DNA of 64,000 nt. Source: a virus. The stretch is from IMG/VR virus record IMGVR_UViG_3300031951_000010. One strand, given 5' to 3'. Below the pieces are notes generated by a model. It saw nothing but the letters and a program-made list of their open reading frames with translations, was not told where the DNA came from and made no database searches. Each line of letters starts with the position of its first letter. Position 1 is the stretch's first letter. This document shows, piece by piece, positions 19,773 through 29,052 of the stretch. The translations under genes and the position numbers were made by a program.

Positions 19773-21467
19773 ATGTCCAATATTAAAGAAATTAAAATCA
19801 GTGATGGAGTTTTTGCTATAGTAGATGAGCAAGATTACGAACGTGTTATCAGCGTTGGTAATTGGCATATGCTTAAGGGTAGAAAATTTGTGTATCACCG
19901 ATTTAAGAAAAATGGCACGCGGTCACGAACTTCGCTTGGAGCTTTTATCTTGGGTTGCGCAGAAGTAAAGCATATTAATGGTGATGCGTTGGACTGCCGA
20001 AGATCGAATCTGATCCCAAAATTAGACAATAAGTCAGAATTTGTTCGCGAAGATGGTATTATTGGACATGTTTTAGATTCTTATGGAAGCCAAATTGCTG
20101 TAATTGATTCTGCAGATATTCCTCGCGCTCGACTTGTAAGGTGGTGGAAGGATGATAGCCGAGGGGTCTTGGGCAAGCTATCGAATGGCAAGCAAATTAA
20201 TCTTCAGAGATGGATTCTAGAGCTTGAATCCAGTGACTCACGCGCTGTTTTTTTTAAGGACGGTGATTTTACGAATTGTCGCAGATCAAATATGCATATT
20301 GTAAAGAATCCCACAGCTTTACGTTCTTACGAAAGAAAATTTAATGATTTTTCAATCCAGGGTTCAACTGTTTACATTAAATCGTATTGGAAATCTTATC
20401 CATTTGAAGTTCAAGTAGACGTTTCTGATTTAGATATGATAAAATCATACGGAAGATGGTCTATTATAGGCAGTGCTGAGCCGTATTTGTATGCTGTTGG
20501 CTCTAATTCAAGTGGCAAACAGATTCGTATGCATCGATTAATTATGAATGCACAAAAAACAGAAATTGTTGATCATATTGATGGAAATACATTAAACAAT
20601 CAGCGTGCTAATTTAAGAGTTACGGATAACCGCGGTAATGCCTTAAATCGCAACGTTTCTTCAAAAGGTGTTTCTGGCGATTCTAATGTTTACTTTCTGA
20701 GTCATTTAAAATCAAGACAGTGGTTGGTGAATCTTCGAGAAAAAGGTAGAAGTCTACACTGGTCTAGGCACGAAGACTTAGACACCGCACGCGAAACAGC
20801 ACAGCTGGCAAGAGCCATGTATTATCCGACAAGTAAAGAAGGCACTGCGATCACTGTAAATCTTGGGGGTTATCTAGAGTCTAGTTTTGTTAATGGCCCA
20901 GGAAATCGATGTGTAGTATGGTTTGCTGGCTGCCGCCGTGGATGCGTGGGTTGTTTTAATCCAGAACTTTGGTCTTTCCAGCCTCAGAATTTAGTTTCTC
21001 CAGAATCTCTTGCCAGTCGCATTATCAATAGTCAAGTTCATGGGTTGACTATCTCAGGCGGTGATCCGATGGATTCTCCGCTGGCAACTTTCCGATTTTT
21101 GAGAGCATTGCATGATTCGAACGGGGAATTAGGGGATCGCTTACCAGGCGGAATTATTCTTTTCACTGGCATGGTAATTGAGGAGTTAAATTATGTTCAA
21201 CGCGAATGCTTGAATTACATTGATCTTCTTATCGATGGCCGATTCGAGCAAGACAAGAGAATCGATCACATCCTTGCTGGCAGCTCAAATCAGCGCTTCC
21301 ATTTTCTTGACAAACCTGGCCGCGGAAAAGACAGAATCAATCCCGACGAAGTAAAGATCGACCATGAAGTCGAAGTGCACGCTAGCTCCGATCATTTAGA
21401 GATCACGGGCTTCCCATTTGTCAAGCACCAATGGTTAAAACAACACGGTTTAAAAGTAATTAAATAA
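19773..21467 (+). CDS. nrdG: Fusion of HNH-endonuclease repeats with an NrdG-like radical-SAM activase
   Basis: Three HNH-like units (last intact: RMHRLIM..VDHIDGNTLNNQRANLR), then S.VNGPG.RCVVWFAGCRRGCVGCFNPELW, GLTISGGDP, DLLIDGRF, GSSNQR. Confidence 0.85.
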   Translation: MSNIKEIKISDGVFAIVDEQDYERVISVGNWHMLKGRKFVYHRFKKNGTRSRTSLGAFILGCAEVKHINGDALDCRRSNLIPKLDNKSEFVREDGIIGHVLDSYGSQIAVIDSADIPRARLVRWWKDDSRGVLGKLSNGKQINLQRWILELESSDSRAVFFKDGDFTNCRRSNMHIVKNPTALRSYERKFNDFSIQGSTVYIKSYWKSYPFEVQVDVSDLDMIKSYGRWSIIGSAEPYLYAVGSNSSGKQIRMHRLIMNAQKTEIVDHIDGNTLNNQRANLRVTDNRGNALNRNVSSKGVSGDSNVYFLSHLKSRQWLVNLREKGRSLHWSRHEDLDTARETAQLARAMYYPTSKEGTAITVNLGGYLESSFVNGPGNRCVVWFAGCRRGCVGCFNPELWSFQPQNLVSPESLASRIINSQVHGLTISGGDPMDSPLATFRFLRALHDSNGELGDRLPGGIILFTGMVIEELNYVQRECLNYIDLLIDGRFEQDKRIDHILAGSSNQRFHFLDKPGRGKDRINPDEVKIDHEVEVHASSDHLEITGFPFVKHQWLKQHGLKVIK

Positions 21468-21483
21468 TTAGGAGTATTCCAAC

Positions 21484-22353
21484 ATGACTAAAACTAAAAA
21501 AAGAAAAAACATGGCCGTAGTGCCAGAATCTTGTTCTCACATCTTCAAAGAGCCATCTAACAAGGCTTCTCTTTCATTAAAAAATGAATATGAAGTTCTC
21601 GGTTTATACAGAAACACTACTGATGAATATATAAAGAGAGAGATGCTAGACGAGCTTTTGTCCAGGCACAAGGATTTGTTAAGAAGGCTAGCCTGGAATA
21701 TGTTTTCTCGATACTCTGAGCGCCACGGCTTTGAGGATTTTGTTCAACACGCGGTGGTGGGAGCTATGCTCGCTTATAGCCGATTTGATTTTTCGAAGAG
21801 CAATAATGGCAAGAATCGTTTGTCAACATATGTGTACGCAACGGTAGAAAAGTATCTTCTTGACGCGATCAATCAAGACTCTTTCATACAGTGTCCTTCT
21901 CACCAACGCGCTATGCGATCATATCTAACGGGCAAATATGATATGAATCCAGAAAAGAAATCAAAATTCGAGCAAGAAAACGGGCTAACTGATGAAGCTT
22001 CACGTGATTTGGCTAGACAGAAATACATTGGCCTTACTCCAGAAATTGTCAGCTTCGAGAACGAGTTGTTTAATCAGAACAACAGTAGTGAATGTGGTGG
22101 TAGTTTTTTGGATTTGATATGTGATAATCGAGCTGCCTCTGAATCAGATTTAATTAATCGCATGGAAATTGAGCGTGCTGTTGAGTTTCTTTCTCCAAGA
22201 CAAAAGATGGTTTGTGATCTGATTATGTATCGAGAGCACACTGTTCCGTCTGTCGCGGACATTCTTACTGATCAGCTTGGAACAACTGTGACAACTAGTA
22301 TGGTGAGAAGCGATATACGTGCAATACGTAAGGCTTTTCAATCTGTTGCTTAA
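21484..22353 (+). CDS. Sigma-70-family factor
   Basis: Region 2 (EDFVQHAVVGAMLAYSRFD...LSTYVY) and region 4 (LSPRQKMVC..) patterns. Confidence 0.75.
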   Translation: MTKTKKRKNMAVVPESCSHIFKEPSNKASLSLKNEYEVLGLYRNTTDEYIKREMLDELLSRHKDLLRRLAWNMFSRYSERHGFEDFVQHAVVGAMLAYSRFDFSKSNNGKNRLSTYVYATVEKYLLDAINQDSFIQCPSHQRAMRSYLTGKYDMNPEKKSKFEQENGLTDEASRDLARQKYIGLTPEIVSFENELFNQNNSSECGGSFLDLICDNRAASESDLINRMEIERAVEFLSPRQKMVCDLIMYREHTVPSVADILTDQLGTTVTTSMVRSDIRAIRKAFQSVA

Positions 22354-22379
22354 TATTTCTGATCGGGGAAAATTTACTT

Positions 22380-22844
22380 ATGGATGAACTTAATTTTTCG
22401 AGCGGCGATAATGAATCTAGAATTCCGAGGAGGTTTCGAGACGTTGTGTTTTGGGAACATCCGATCATTGAAGACTACCAAGTGTACACGGACCTCCTGT
22501 TTTGCGGATGGTGGTACCGCCTGCGGCCCACCACCCCGTTTGATGACAGCTGTCCTGCTTCAGGCTTCCAAATCGAAGCTTTCGTATATGGAGAAAAATC
22601 TCCTCGATGCAACTTGGCCGATCTTCAAATTTTTGATTCTCTAACTTTGGTTGAAATTTTTGCATGTATTGCTGTAATGACTGAGGAAAACTCAGACCCC
22701 AGTTACCTGTTCAGCCATTCTCTTCGCGAAAACGAGCGTGTGCGCACAAGAATAAGAAAGTGGCTCGAACATCCTCCAGTCTGGCTTTGTAATTTGGTGC
22801 TGCCATACCCTGAGCCCAACGCCTCTGAAGATAGAAAGCCCTAA
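22380..22844 (+). CDS. Hypothetical protein
   Basis: 154 aa. Confidence 0.6.
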   Translation: MDELNFSSGDNESRIPRRFRDVVFWEHPIIEDYQVYTDLLFCGWWYRLRPTTPFDDSCPASGFQIEAFVYGEKSPRCNLADLQIFDSLTLVEIFACIAVMTEENSDPSYLFSHSLRENERVRTRIRKWLEHPPVWLCNLVLPYPEPNASEDRKP

Positions 22845-22887
22845 AAAATCCCTCTTTTTTTAGAGAGTGATCGGATATATGAACCCT

Positions 22888-23943
22888 ATGTTGACAGAAC
22901 GTTTTTCGAGAGCGATGAATTTGAGTTTTGATCTACACAAAGATCAAATTCGCAAGAGCACAAATAACATCCCGTATTTTTCTCATATTATGAGCGTGAC
23001 TGCTTTGGTTCAAGAGGCTGGAGCTGATGAAGATACTCAAATTGCTGCTTTGCTTCATGACGCTGTCGAGGATCAAGGCGGGGAAGAAGTGCTGCAGTTG
23101 ATCCGCGATCAGTTTGGGGATTCTGTTGCCGATATTGTTCTTTTCTGTTCTGATTCTGTCGAAAGAAATGAGAATGGTGAGAAAAAGCCGTGGCGAGAGC
23201 GAAAGGAAACCCATCTTAATCATCTCAAGGCTTTGAGTCGTTCCACTGGGCTTACGACAGAACAAAAAAATGGTGTTTTGATTATGATCGCTGACAAGCT
23301 TCATAATGCGTTGACTACTTACGAGGCCGTAATTGAACATGGCGATGCAGTCTATGAAAGATTTCGAGGCGGCAAAAATGGAATGTTGTGGTACCTTCGA
23401 AGCTGCGCAAATATTTTAACACAACTATATGGAGACTTTTCGATCACTCGAAGACTGAACGCAGCTGTAAGCGCTCTGGAAAATTTCAAACAGTACAGAA
23501 AGTTTCTTCATTTGACAATCCCAGGGATTGATGAGTCTTACTTTTATGATGCGTCTGATCCGATCATGGAAAATGAAGCTAAAAAGCGCATTGCTACTAT
23601 GTTGATTCGAGAAGAATATTTTGAAATGTATGATGATGAAACTTTAGCAAAGCTTCGTGCTCGTGTTCATGAAAGAGAGCTTGCTTTCAAGACATATGAT
23701 GCCCTCCCCGATTTTTGCAAAGAATATATTTCCAAAGATGAAAACCTTGATGAGCTTGAATTTTACACTGAAATGACGCAGCGTCTTCGAGCGTTCACAC
23801 GTGGTGATCATAACTCAGCCAATGAACTTCTTAAGTTCCTACGCGACAATGAAATGATTGAGCTTTGCGAATTGTATGTGGCCAACCCTATTGAAGGCAG
23901 TCCCGATGATGAATCTGAAGAAGACGACTTCGACGAAGAATAG
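22888..23943 (+). CDS. HD-domain (p)ppGpp hydrolase-like protein (RelA/SpoT HD_4) with C-terminal extension
   Basis: PYFSHIMSV..LV...DEDTQIAALLHDAVEDQGG..ADKLHN. Confidence 0.85.
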   Translation: MLTERFSRAMNLSFDLHKDQIRKSTNNIPYFSHIMSVTALVQEAGADEDTQIAALLHDAVEDQGGEEVLQLIRDQFGDSVADIVLFCSDSVERNENGEKKPWRERKETHLNHLKALSRSTGLTTEQKNGVLIMIADKLHNALTTYEAVIEHGDAVYERFRGGKNGMLWYLRSCANILTQLYGDFSITRRLNAAVSALENFKQYRKFLHLTIPGIDESYFYDASDPIMENEAKKRIATMLIREEYFEMYDDETLAKLRARVHERELAFKTYDALPDFCKEYISKDENLDELEFYTEMTQRLRAFTRGDHNSANELLKFLRDNEMIELCELYVANPIEGSPDDESEEDDFDEE

Positions 23944-24006
23944 GGCTGCCTGAGAAATGGGGGAAAAATCCCCCATTTCTCTTTCTCGATATTGATATAT
24001 AAAACG

Positions 24007-24480
24007 ATGAATATCCTTTTTCGAGCTGTTAACTTGAATCAAAACTCCTTTGGCGATCACACACCGATCACAAGTGCTTTGATCCGACTTTCTGAACAAG
24101 ATGTGCTTTTTATTAAAAAGGCCCTTGACAAATTGACTGAATTAAATGATTCTTGTGTTTTTGACCATCAAATGGTTGAAGCAGTTTTCTCTCTTGGTAA
24201 TCACGCATATTGGTTTAGAGAAATATGTAATTTTGATTACGAATCCCCAAACCCTCTCAATAAGCATTGTTGCATGGTTTCTGATCGAAGAACACAAGAT
24301 ATTCTTGCAGGAGCAAATCTTTATGAATCCATTGTAAACACTTTGGGGTGTGATGTGGCAATTGTTCCTGATGAAAATCGATTTTGCTTCCGCGCAATAG
24401 AAAAGCATACATACCACGTCTTCGAGACTCGGTCAATGACCTTAAAAGAACTTGAGGATTATGTTGCCCAAATTTCTTGA
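24007..24480 (+). CDS. Hypothetical protein
   Basis: Fronted by the promoter motif. Confidence 0.65.
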   Translation: MNILFRAVNLNQNSFGDHTPITSALIRLSEQDVLFIKKALDKLTELNDSCVFDHQMVEAVFSLGNHAYWFREICNFDYESPNPLNKHCCMVSDRRTQDILAGANLYESIVNTLGCDVAIVPDENRFCFRAIEKHTYHVFETRSMTLKELEDYVAQIS

Positions 24481-24490
24481 TCAGAATTGA

Positions 24491-24580
24491 AACTTTTTTG
24501 ATATTCTGATCGTATTATAATTGACGGTACGTGTGGTATTGTTATTTCATTTGTAGGGGGCGCAAGCCCCCTTTTCCTTT
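24491..24580 (+). ncRNA. sRNA cassette 1 (promoter + 32 nt + GCAA terminator)
   Basis: 33-nt conserved head, variable body, GGGGGCGCAAGCCCCC + T-run. Confidence 0.6.
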
Positions 24581-24630
24581 TAAAAAATCCCCTATTTTTT
24601 GATTTTTGTTTGCCTATATAATTCTCATAG

Positions 24631-25194
24631 GTGAATGAAATAATGAACAGAATCGATTTATTTGAATCTCTTGCTATCCAGCATCGCTCGCGCCTGATTA
24701 ATCAGGCGATGGTTTTGTGCCAGGATCACGATATGGCCGAAGACTTGGTGCAGATGACTTTGATTAAGGCTCAGAGACATTTCGATACGTATGACACAGA
24801 AAAAAGTTCTTTTATTAATTGGACTTTAAGAATTCTGCAGCGGACGTTTATTGATGAATTTAGGTCAAAGAAGCGCCGAAACGAAGTTTCAATCGAGGCA
24901 TTCTCAGCTTATGTTCAGGTAAGTGATGATGTTGAATTTGATTGCGAAGATATCAATGCTGACACCGAGGCTAAGATTATTCAGCTTGAAACTATGGCTG
25001 CTGTCAACGAGATGATTGATCGCCTTCCTGTCCAGTATGCTGAGGCACTCCGATTGTGCTTTATCGAAGGGGAAAGTTATGAGTCTATCGCAGAAAAGCA
25101 CAACACGACTATCGGCACGGTGCGTTCGCGCATCCACCGAGCAAGAAAGATGCTTGCAGAACAAAATGCAGAGCATCAAGTTGTCAACCTCTAA
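24631..25194 (+). CDS. ECF-type sigma factor
   Basis: AEDLVQMTLIKA..F..WTLRI..; LP..Y.EAL.L..IEG.SYESIAE....IGTVRSRIHRARK.L. Confidence 0.9.
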   Translation: MNEIMNRIDLFESLAIQHRSRLINQAMVLCQDHDMAEDLVQMTLIKAQRHFDTYDTEKSSFINWTLRILQRTFIDEFRSKKRRNEVSIEAFSAYVQVSDDVEFDCEDINADTEAKIIQLETMAAVNEMIDRLPVQYAEALRLCFIEGESYESIAEKHNTTIGTVRSRIHRARKMLAEQNAEHQVVNL

Positions 25195-25282
25195 AACATA
25201 GTGGAAAAATTTTCCACTATGTTTTAACACTCCGAATCGTGGGCATTCTTGTGAATGGCTAGCAGGTGGAGATTACATATAT

Positions 25283-26101
25283 GTGGAAAAACTTCACATC
25301 ATGTGTAATCTCTTCGAGCGACAACTACAAATCATAGATGGATTAATGCTTGGTGATGGTACGTTGGAGCGGAGAAAACCAACTCACAATGCTTCACTAA
25401 AGGTTCATCGATGCTTGCGAGATATTAGTTACCGAAATTGGTTAGCCAAAGAGCTTTCATCTCTTTTAACTCCAAAATCTTGTTATGAAAATGAAATTTT
25501 TGACAAGCGTACAAATAGAAAGTATTACCATGCTTCGTTTCGGTCCAAATGTTGTCCGTGCTTGACACCGATCTATGATCGCTGGTATCCAAATGGCATC
25601 AAATCTATTCCTAGTGATTTGAAGCTGAATCCGTTAACACTTGCGGTTTGGTTTGCAGACGATGGTTCTTTGTACAATCCCACTAATTATGCCCTGGACA
25701 TGAAATTTGCGACTCATGGGTTTACAGCTGCAGATGTTGAGAGGCTGAAAGATATTCTTCAGGATTATACAAGACGGGAATTTCGTGTGTATTATGAAAA
25801 GGGGCAACCGACCATTAGGGGTTTTTCTGATGCTTCAAGAGCGGTTTTGAGGATAATTGATGATGTGTTTCCCTCATTAGACAGAAAATCGGAAATCTGG
25901 CGGGCGAATAATTATCGGTTGTTTCATGGCAAGCCGATAAAGCCTGTATGTCCGCGGTGTACAATTGGCAAGGTGTATTCCTATGGGAGAACACGAAAGG
26001 GTGTGCAGAAGTTCAAGTGTGTGAGTTGCATGCACGCCTTTCAATCACAATACGAGCGCAGCATGCACAATGTCTATTATCCGACTCTTTCACGTCCATA
26101 A
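25283..26101 (+). CDS. LAGLIDADG homing endonuclease with C-terminal Zn ribbon
   Basis: IIDGLMLGDG and LAVWFADDG motifs; CPRC...FKCVSC. Confidence 0.85.
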   Translation: MEKLHIMCNLFERQLQIIDGLMLGDGTLERRKPTHNASLKVHRCLRDISYRNWLAKELSSLLTPKSCYENEIFDKRTNRKYYHASFRSKCCPCLTPIYDRWYPNGIKSIPSDLKLNPLTLAVWFADDGSLYNPTNYALDMKFATHGFTAADVERLKDILQDYTRREFRVYYEKGQPTIRGFSDASRAVLRIIDDVFPSLDRKSEIWRANNYRLFHGKPIKPVCPRCTIGKVYSYGRTRKGVQKFKCVSCMHAFQSQYERSMHNVYYPTLSRP

Positions 26102-26270
26102 CCAGAGAAATATCACAATGTGAAATAAAAATAAACGCGATTCCTAAGTAGGAATCGCAATACTGTGCACGCACACCTTTCTTTCAATCAGAATTTGAAA
26201 GGCTCACGGGAACAGATAATTCACCGATCACGACCGCTGATGGATTGCAAATCAAATCGTAGAAGATATT

Positions 26271-27284
26271 ATGGACGACATTAAAAACAGACAACACTAT
26301 AAGATTCTGATCGACGGCAAGTCTCCTAATGGCTCAGGTTATGAATGGTCTCTACCTAGTGAAGATCAACCAGGAGAATGGCATGAGTTCGATGGTGAGC
26401 TGATCGCCAATGTTTCGGGATTTCAGATTATTTCTGATATTTATCACGGTAGTTTTGAGAAGCATCTTCAAATTTTTCCTGTTGAAGTTGATTGGGATGC
26501 GGGTTATGAACCTGGGATAAGTGACACATGTGTTGTGAGGCGCTTAAGATTATTGCCGTCGCCAGAGGTTATTATCGTGGGCAATGTGAAAATTTATACC
26601 AAGGATGGAAAGTTACACCGTGATGGTGACCAGCCTGCGGTAATTTTATCTAAACGACATCAGCGTTGGTACAAAAATGGCCTTAAACATCGCGATGGAG
26701 ATCAACCTGCTGAAATTTTGCCTGACGGAACTAAGAAATATTGGCAGAATGATGAGCTTCATCGTGACGGAGATAAACCAGCAGTCATCAAGGAAGATGG
26801 TACTCAAATATGGTATAAAAACAATCAGCGCCATCGCGATGGTGATCAACCTGCCGTAATTCATTCTGACGGATTAACAATGTGGCTCAAGCATGGCGAA
26901 ATTCATCGCGATGGTGACAAGCCAGCGGTGATTGATCCTTGTGGCGTACAAATGTGGTACAAAAACGACCGCAAACATCGTGACGGCGATCAGCCCGCAA
27001 TGATTGAAGCCGACGGAACTCTAAGGTATTATCAACATGATGCCTTGCACAGAGATGGTGATCAGCCTGCAGTAATTTATCCTGACGGTGGACAAAGTTG
27101 GTACCAAAATGACACTCTTCACCGCGGTGGGGACAAACCAGCAATGATTGACAGCGATGGTGTGCAATATTGGTATCAATACGGCAAACCCAAGCGCGAA
27201 GGGGGCAAGCCCACTGTAGTATACCCCGATGGCTCTATACGTAATTATCGATTTGGGGACAAGTCAACTCCGAACTTATTTTAA
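26271..27284 (+). CDS. HRDGDQPA-repeat protein
   Basis: N-terminal domain shared with 12552..13763, plus about 9 tandem 23-aa repeats W..N...HRDGD.PAVI..DG. Confidence 0.85.
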   Translation: MDDIKNRQHYKILIDGKSPNGSGYEWSLPSEDQPGEWHEFDGELIANVSGFQIISDIYHGSFEKHLQIFPVEVDWDAGYEPGISDTCVVRRLRLLPSPEVIIVGNVKIYTKDGKLHRDGDQPAVILSKRHQRWYKNGLKHRDGDQPAEILPDGTKKYWQNDELHRDGDKPAVIKEDGTQIWYKNNQRHRDGDQPAVIHSDGLTMWLKHGEIHRDGDKPAVIDPCGVQMWYKNDRKHRDGDQPAMIEADGTLRYYQHDALHRDGDQPAVIYPDGGQSWYQNDTLHRGGDKPAMIDSDGVQYWYQYGKPKREGGKPTVVYPDGSIRNYRFGDKSTPNLF

Positions 27285-27377
27285 AAAATCCCCTAAATTT
27301 TTCGAGAAAATTGCCTATAATAAATTGGTAAAAGGACCAAACAGCGAAATGCTGTTTTCAAATAAAACAAAAACACT

Positions 27378-27821
27378 ATGAAGAACATTCTTTTGACTCT
27401 CGTTGCCCTCGTGGCTTTCGGCACTATGAGCTTTGCTCAATCGACCACCACGACTCGTCAGTCGGACGGCTTTACTGCTCAAAGTCAAAGCGTTGAACTG
27501 ACCTCGACTAGCCTGAATCTTGTCTATCTTCGAGACGGTTATGACAATTATGCTGCGTTCACTCTTCCCATGTATACTTTTTCTGGGACTGGTGGCCGTC
27601 TGAAGCTGAATACTTTCGGGGCTTTTGACCCGAATAACATTGAGCGACGTGCTTATCTCAGCACTGGTCTTTCTTTCGATGTCGTTGATCAAGACGGCTG
27701 GAAGCTGACCGTTTTTGGTGGGCCGAAGGGCTTTAATGTTGCGGACAACTTCCGTTTCCAAGACGGTAATCGTGGATGGGTGTACGGCGTCGGCATTTCA
27801 CTCCCCCTCTCTTCCAACTAA
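27378..27821 (+). CDS. Secreted/outer-membrane beta-strand protein
   Basis: Signal peptide MKNILLTLVALVAFGTMSFAQ; amphipathic strands; followed by a terminator at 27848-27886. Confidence 0.6.
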   Translation: MKNILLTLVALVAFGTMSFAQSTTTTRQSDGFTAQSQSVELTSTSLNLVYLRDGYDNYAAFTLPMYTFSGTGGRLKLNTFGAFDPNNIERRAYLSTGLSFDVVDQDGWKLTVFGGPKGFNVADNFRFQDGNRGWVYGVGISLPLSSN

Positions 27822-27884
27822 GACCAACAACACACTCAAGTAGACTAATCATCCCCGAATCATTTCTGATTAGGGGATGATTTT

Positions 27885-28181
27885 TTGTATAAAATTCATG
27901 TGAGCGAGATTGAACATTCATGTCTTCTGACAAAAGCTATTGATCGTCTGAAAGACGCGGCTAAATTTACCCCAGAATTCGCCCGAGGAGGAATGATCGC
28001 AAAATACATAGCGGAAGTGTCTTGTATTTTCGAGCCAAACAAGGTTGTTCGCGGAAATGTTTTATACGCTGTTGAAAAAGCATCTAAGAATTTCGAGCAT
28101 GATGCGCGTTGCATCGATATAATTTTATCAGCTATACAGCATATAGAAATGAATTTATGGATTTCAAATAATAGTCGATAA
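27885..28181 (+). CDS. Hypothetical protein
   Basis: 98 aa; start uncertain. Confidence 0.45.
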   Translation: MYKIHVSEIEHSCLLTKAIDRLKDAAKFTPEFARGGMIAKYIAEVSCIFEPNKVVRGNVLYAVEKASKNFEHDARCIDIILSAIQHIEMNLWISNNSR

Positions 28182-28194
28182 TTTCTGATCGTGC

Positions 28195-28285
28195 AACTTT
28201 TTTGATATTCTGATCGTATTATAATTGAGATAACGAACTGTATCTTATTTTCAAGTCGAGGGGGCGCAAGCCCCCTTTTTCCTTT
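28195..28285 (+). ncRNA. sRNA cassette 2 (32-nt body)
   Basis: Head and terminator hairpin identical to cassette 1. Confidence 0.6.
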
Positions 28286-28326
28286 AAAAATCCCCTATTT
28301 TCATATTCTGATCGGATATATGCGAT

Positions 28327-28623
28327 ATGCCTAAGAGCCAAATCACCCCGATCCCAAGCATGGATGTAAAGATTTCATATGAAAGAGTCCCGAATACGAA
28401 GTATGTGAATTTTTTTGCCACTTGCGCACTGGGACGAAAACAGATCGCAACCATGAAAAAGGAACGATACTCTTTCTATCTCGTGGGTGGCTATAAAAGA
28501 AGTGTGACATATTATCTTGATATGGAAGATCAGATTGAGTTTAATAGCATTGCAGAACGTCTTAAATGCGAAAGACAACCCTGGCGAATTGCCCAACATA
28601 TTGAAGAAGGAGGCTGGGAATGA
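28327..28623 (+). CDS. Hypothetical protein
   Basis: Fronted by the promoter motif. Confidence 0.65.
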   Translation: MPKSQITPIPSMDVKISYERVPNTKYVNFFATCALGRKQIATMKKERYSFYLVGGYKRSVTYYLDMEDQIEFNSIAERLKCERQPWRIAQHIEEGGWE

Positions 28624-28895
28624 AAAAAGTTTACAGACTCCCAGTTTACGACATTGTTGTTGAAATAGACAAAAAAGGCGGGACTATTGTATCCTCCCTG
28701 AAGGAGGATAATCCTTTTCATAAAAACCATACAATTGATGAAGATGAGATCATGCACGATGAATTCGATGCTTGTATGGATGGGATTGAAGCTTTAATTC
28801 TTTCTTGTGCCTGTAATGGCATTAATATTGCTTTACCTGAGTTTGTCAAATCCGTACAAGATGCTGTTTCTGCTGCAGAAAATCATTTTCTTTAA
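28620..28895 (+). CDS. Hypothetical protein
   Basis: 91 aa, DGIEALILSCAC.GINI phage-type motif. Confidence 0.65.
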   Translation: MKKVYRLPVYDIVVEIDKKGGTIVSSLKEDNPFHKNHTIDEDEIMHDEFDACMDGIEALILSCACNGINIALPEFVKSVQDAVSAAENHFL

Positions 28896-28904
28896 TTTTC
28901 TGGA

Positions 28905-29010
28905 AACTTTTTTGATATTCTGATCGTATTATAATTGGAACACAAAAGAGAAAAAGATAAATTTCGACGAGATGAGAGCAAGCTGGGGGCGCAAGCCCCC
29001 ATTGCTATTT
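28905..29010 (+). ncRNA. sRNA cassette 3 (47-nt body)
   Basis: Identical head and hairpin. Confidence 0.55.
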
Positions 29011-29052
29011 AAAAATCCCTCTTTTTCATTGTCCTGATCGGATATATGAACT

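Noticed and set aside
24540-24645. sRNA-1 TTATTTCATT pairing with the ECF sigma start region
   Set aside because: Only 10 AT-rich bp, which is likely by chance.
24491-29000. CRISPR array reading of the 33-nt repeats with 32-nt bodies
   Set aside because: Copies are dispersed rather than tandem, each contains TATAAT and ends in a terminator, and no cas genes are in the window.
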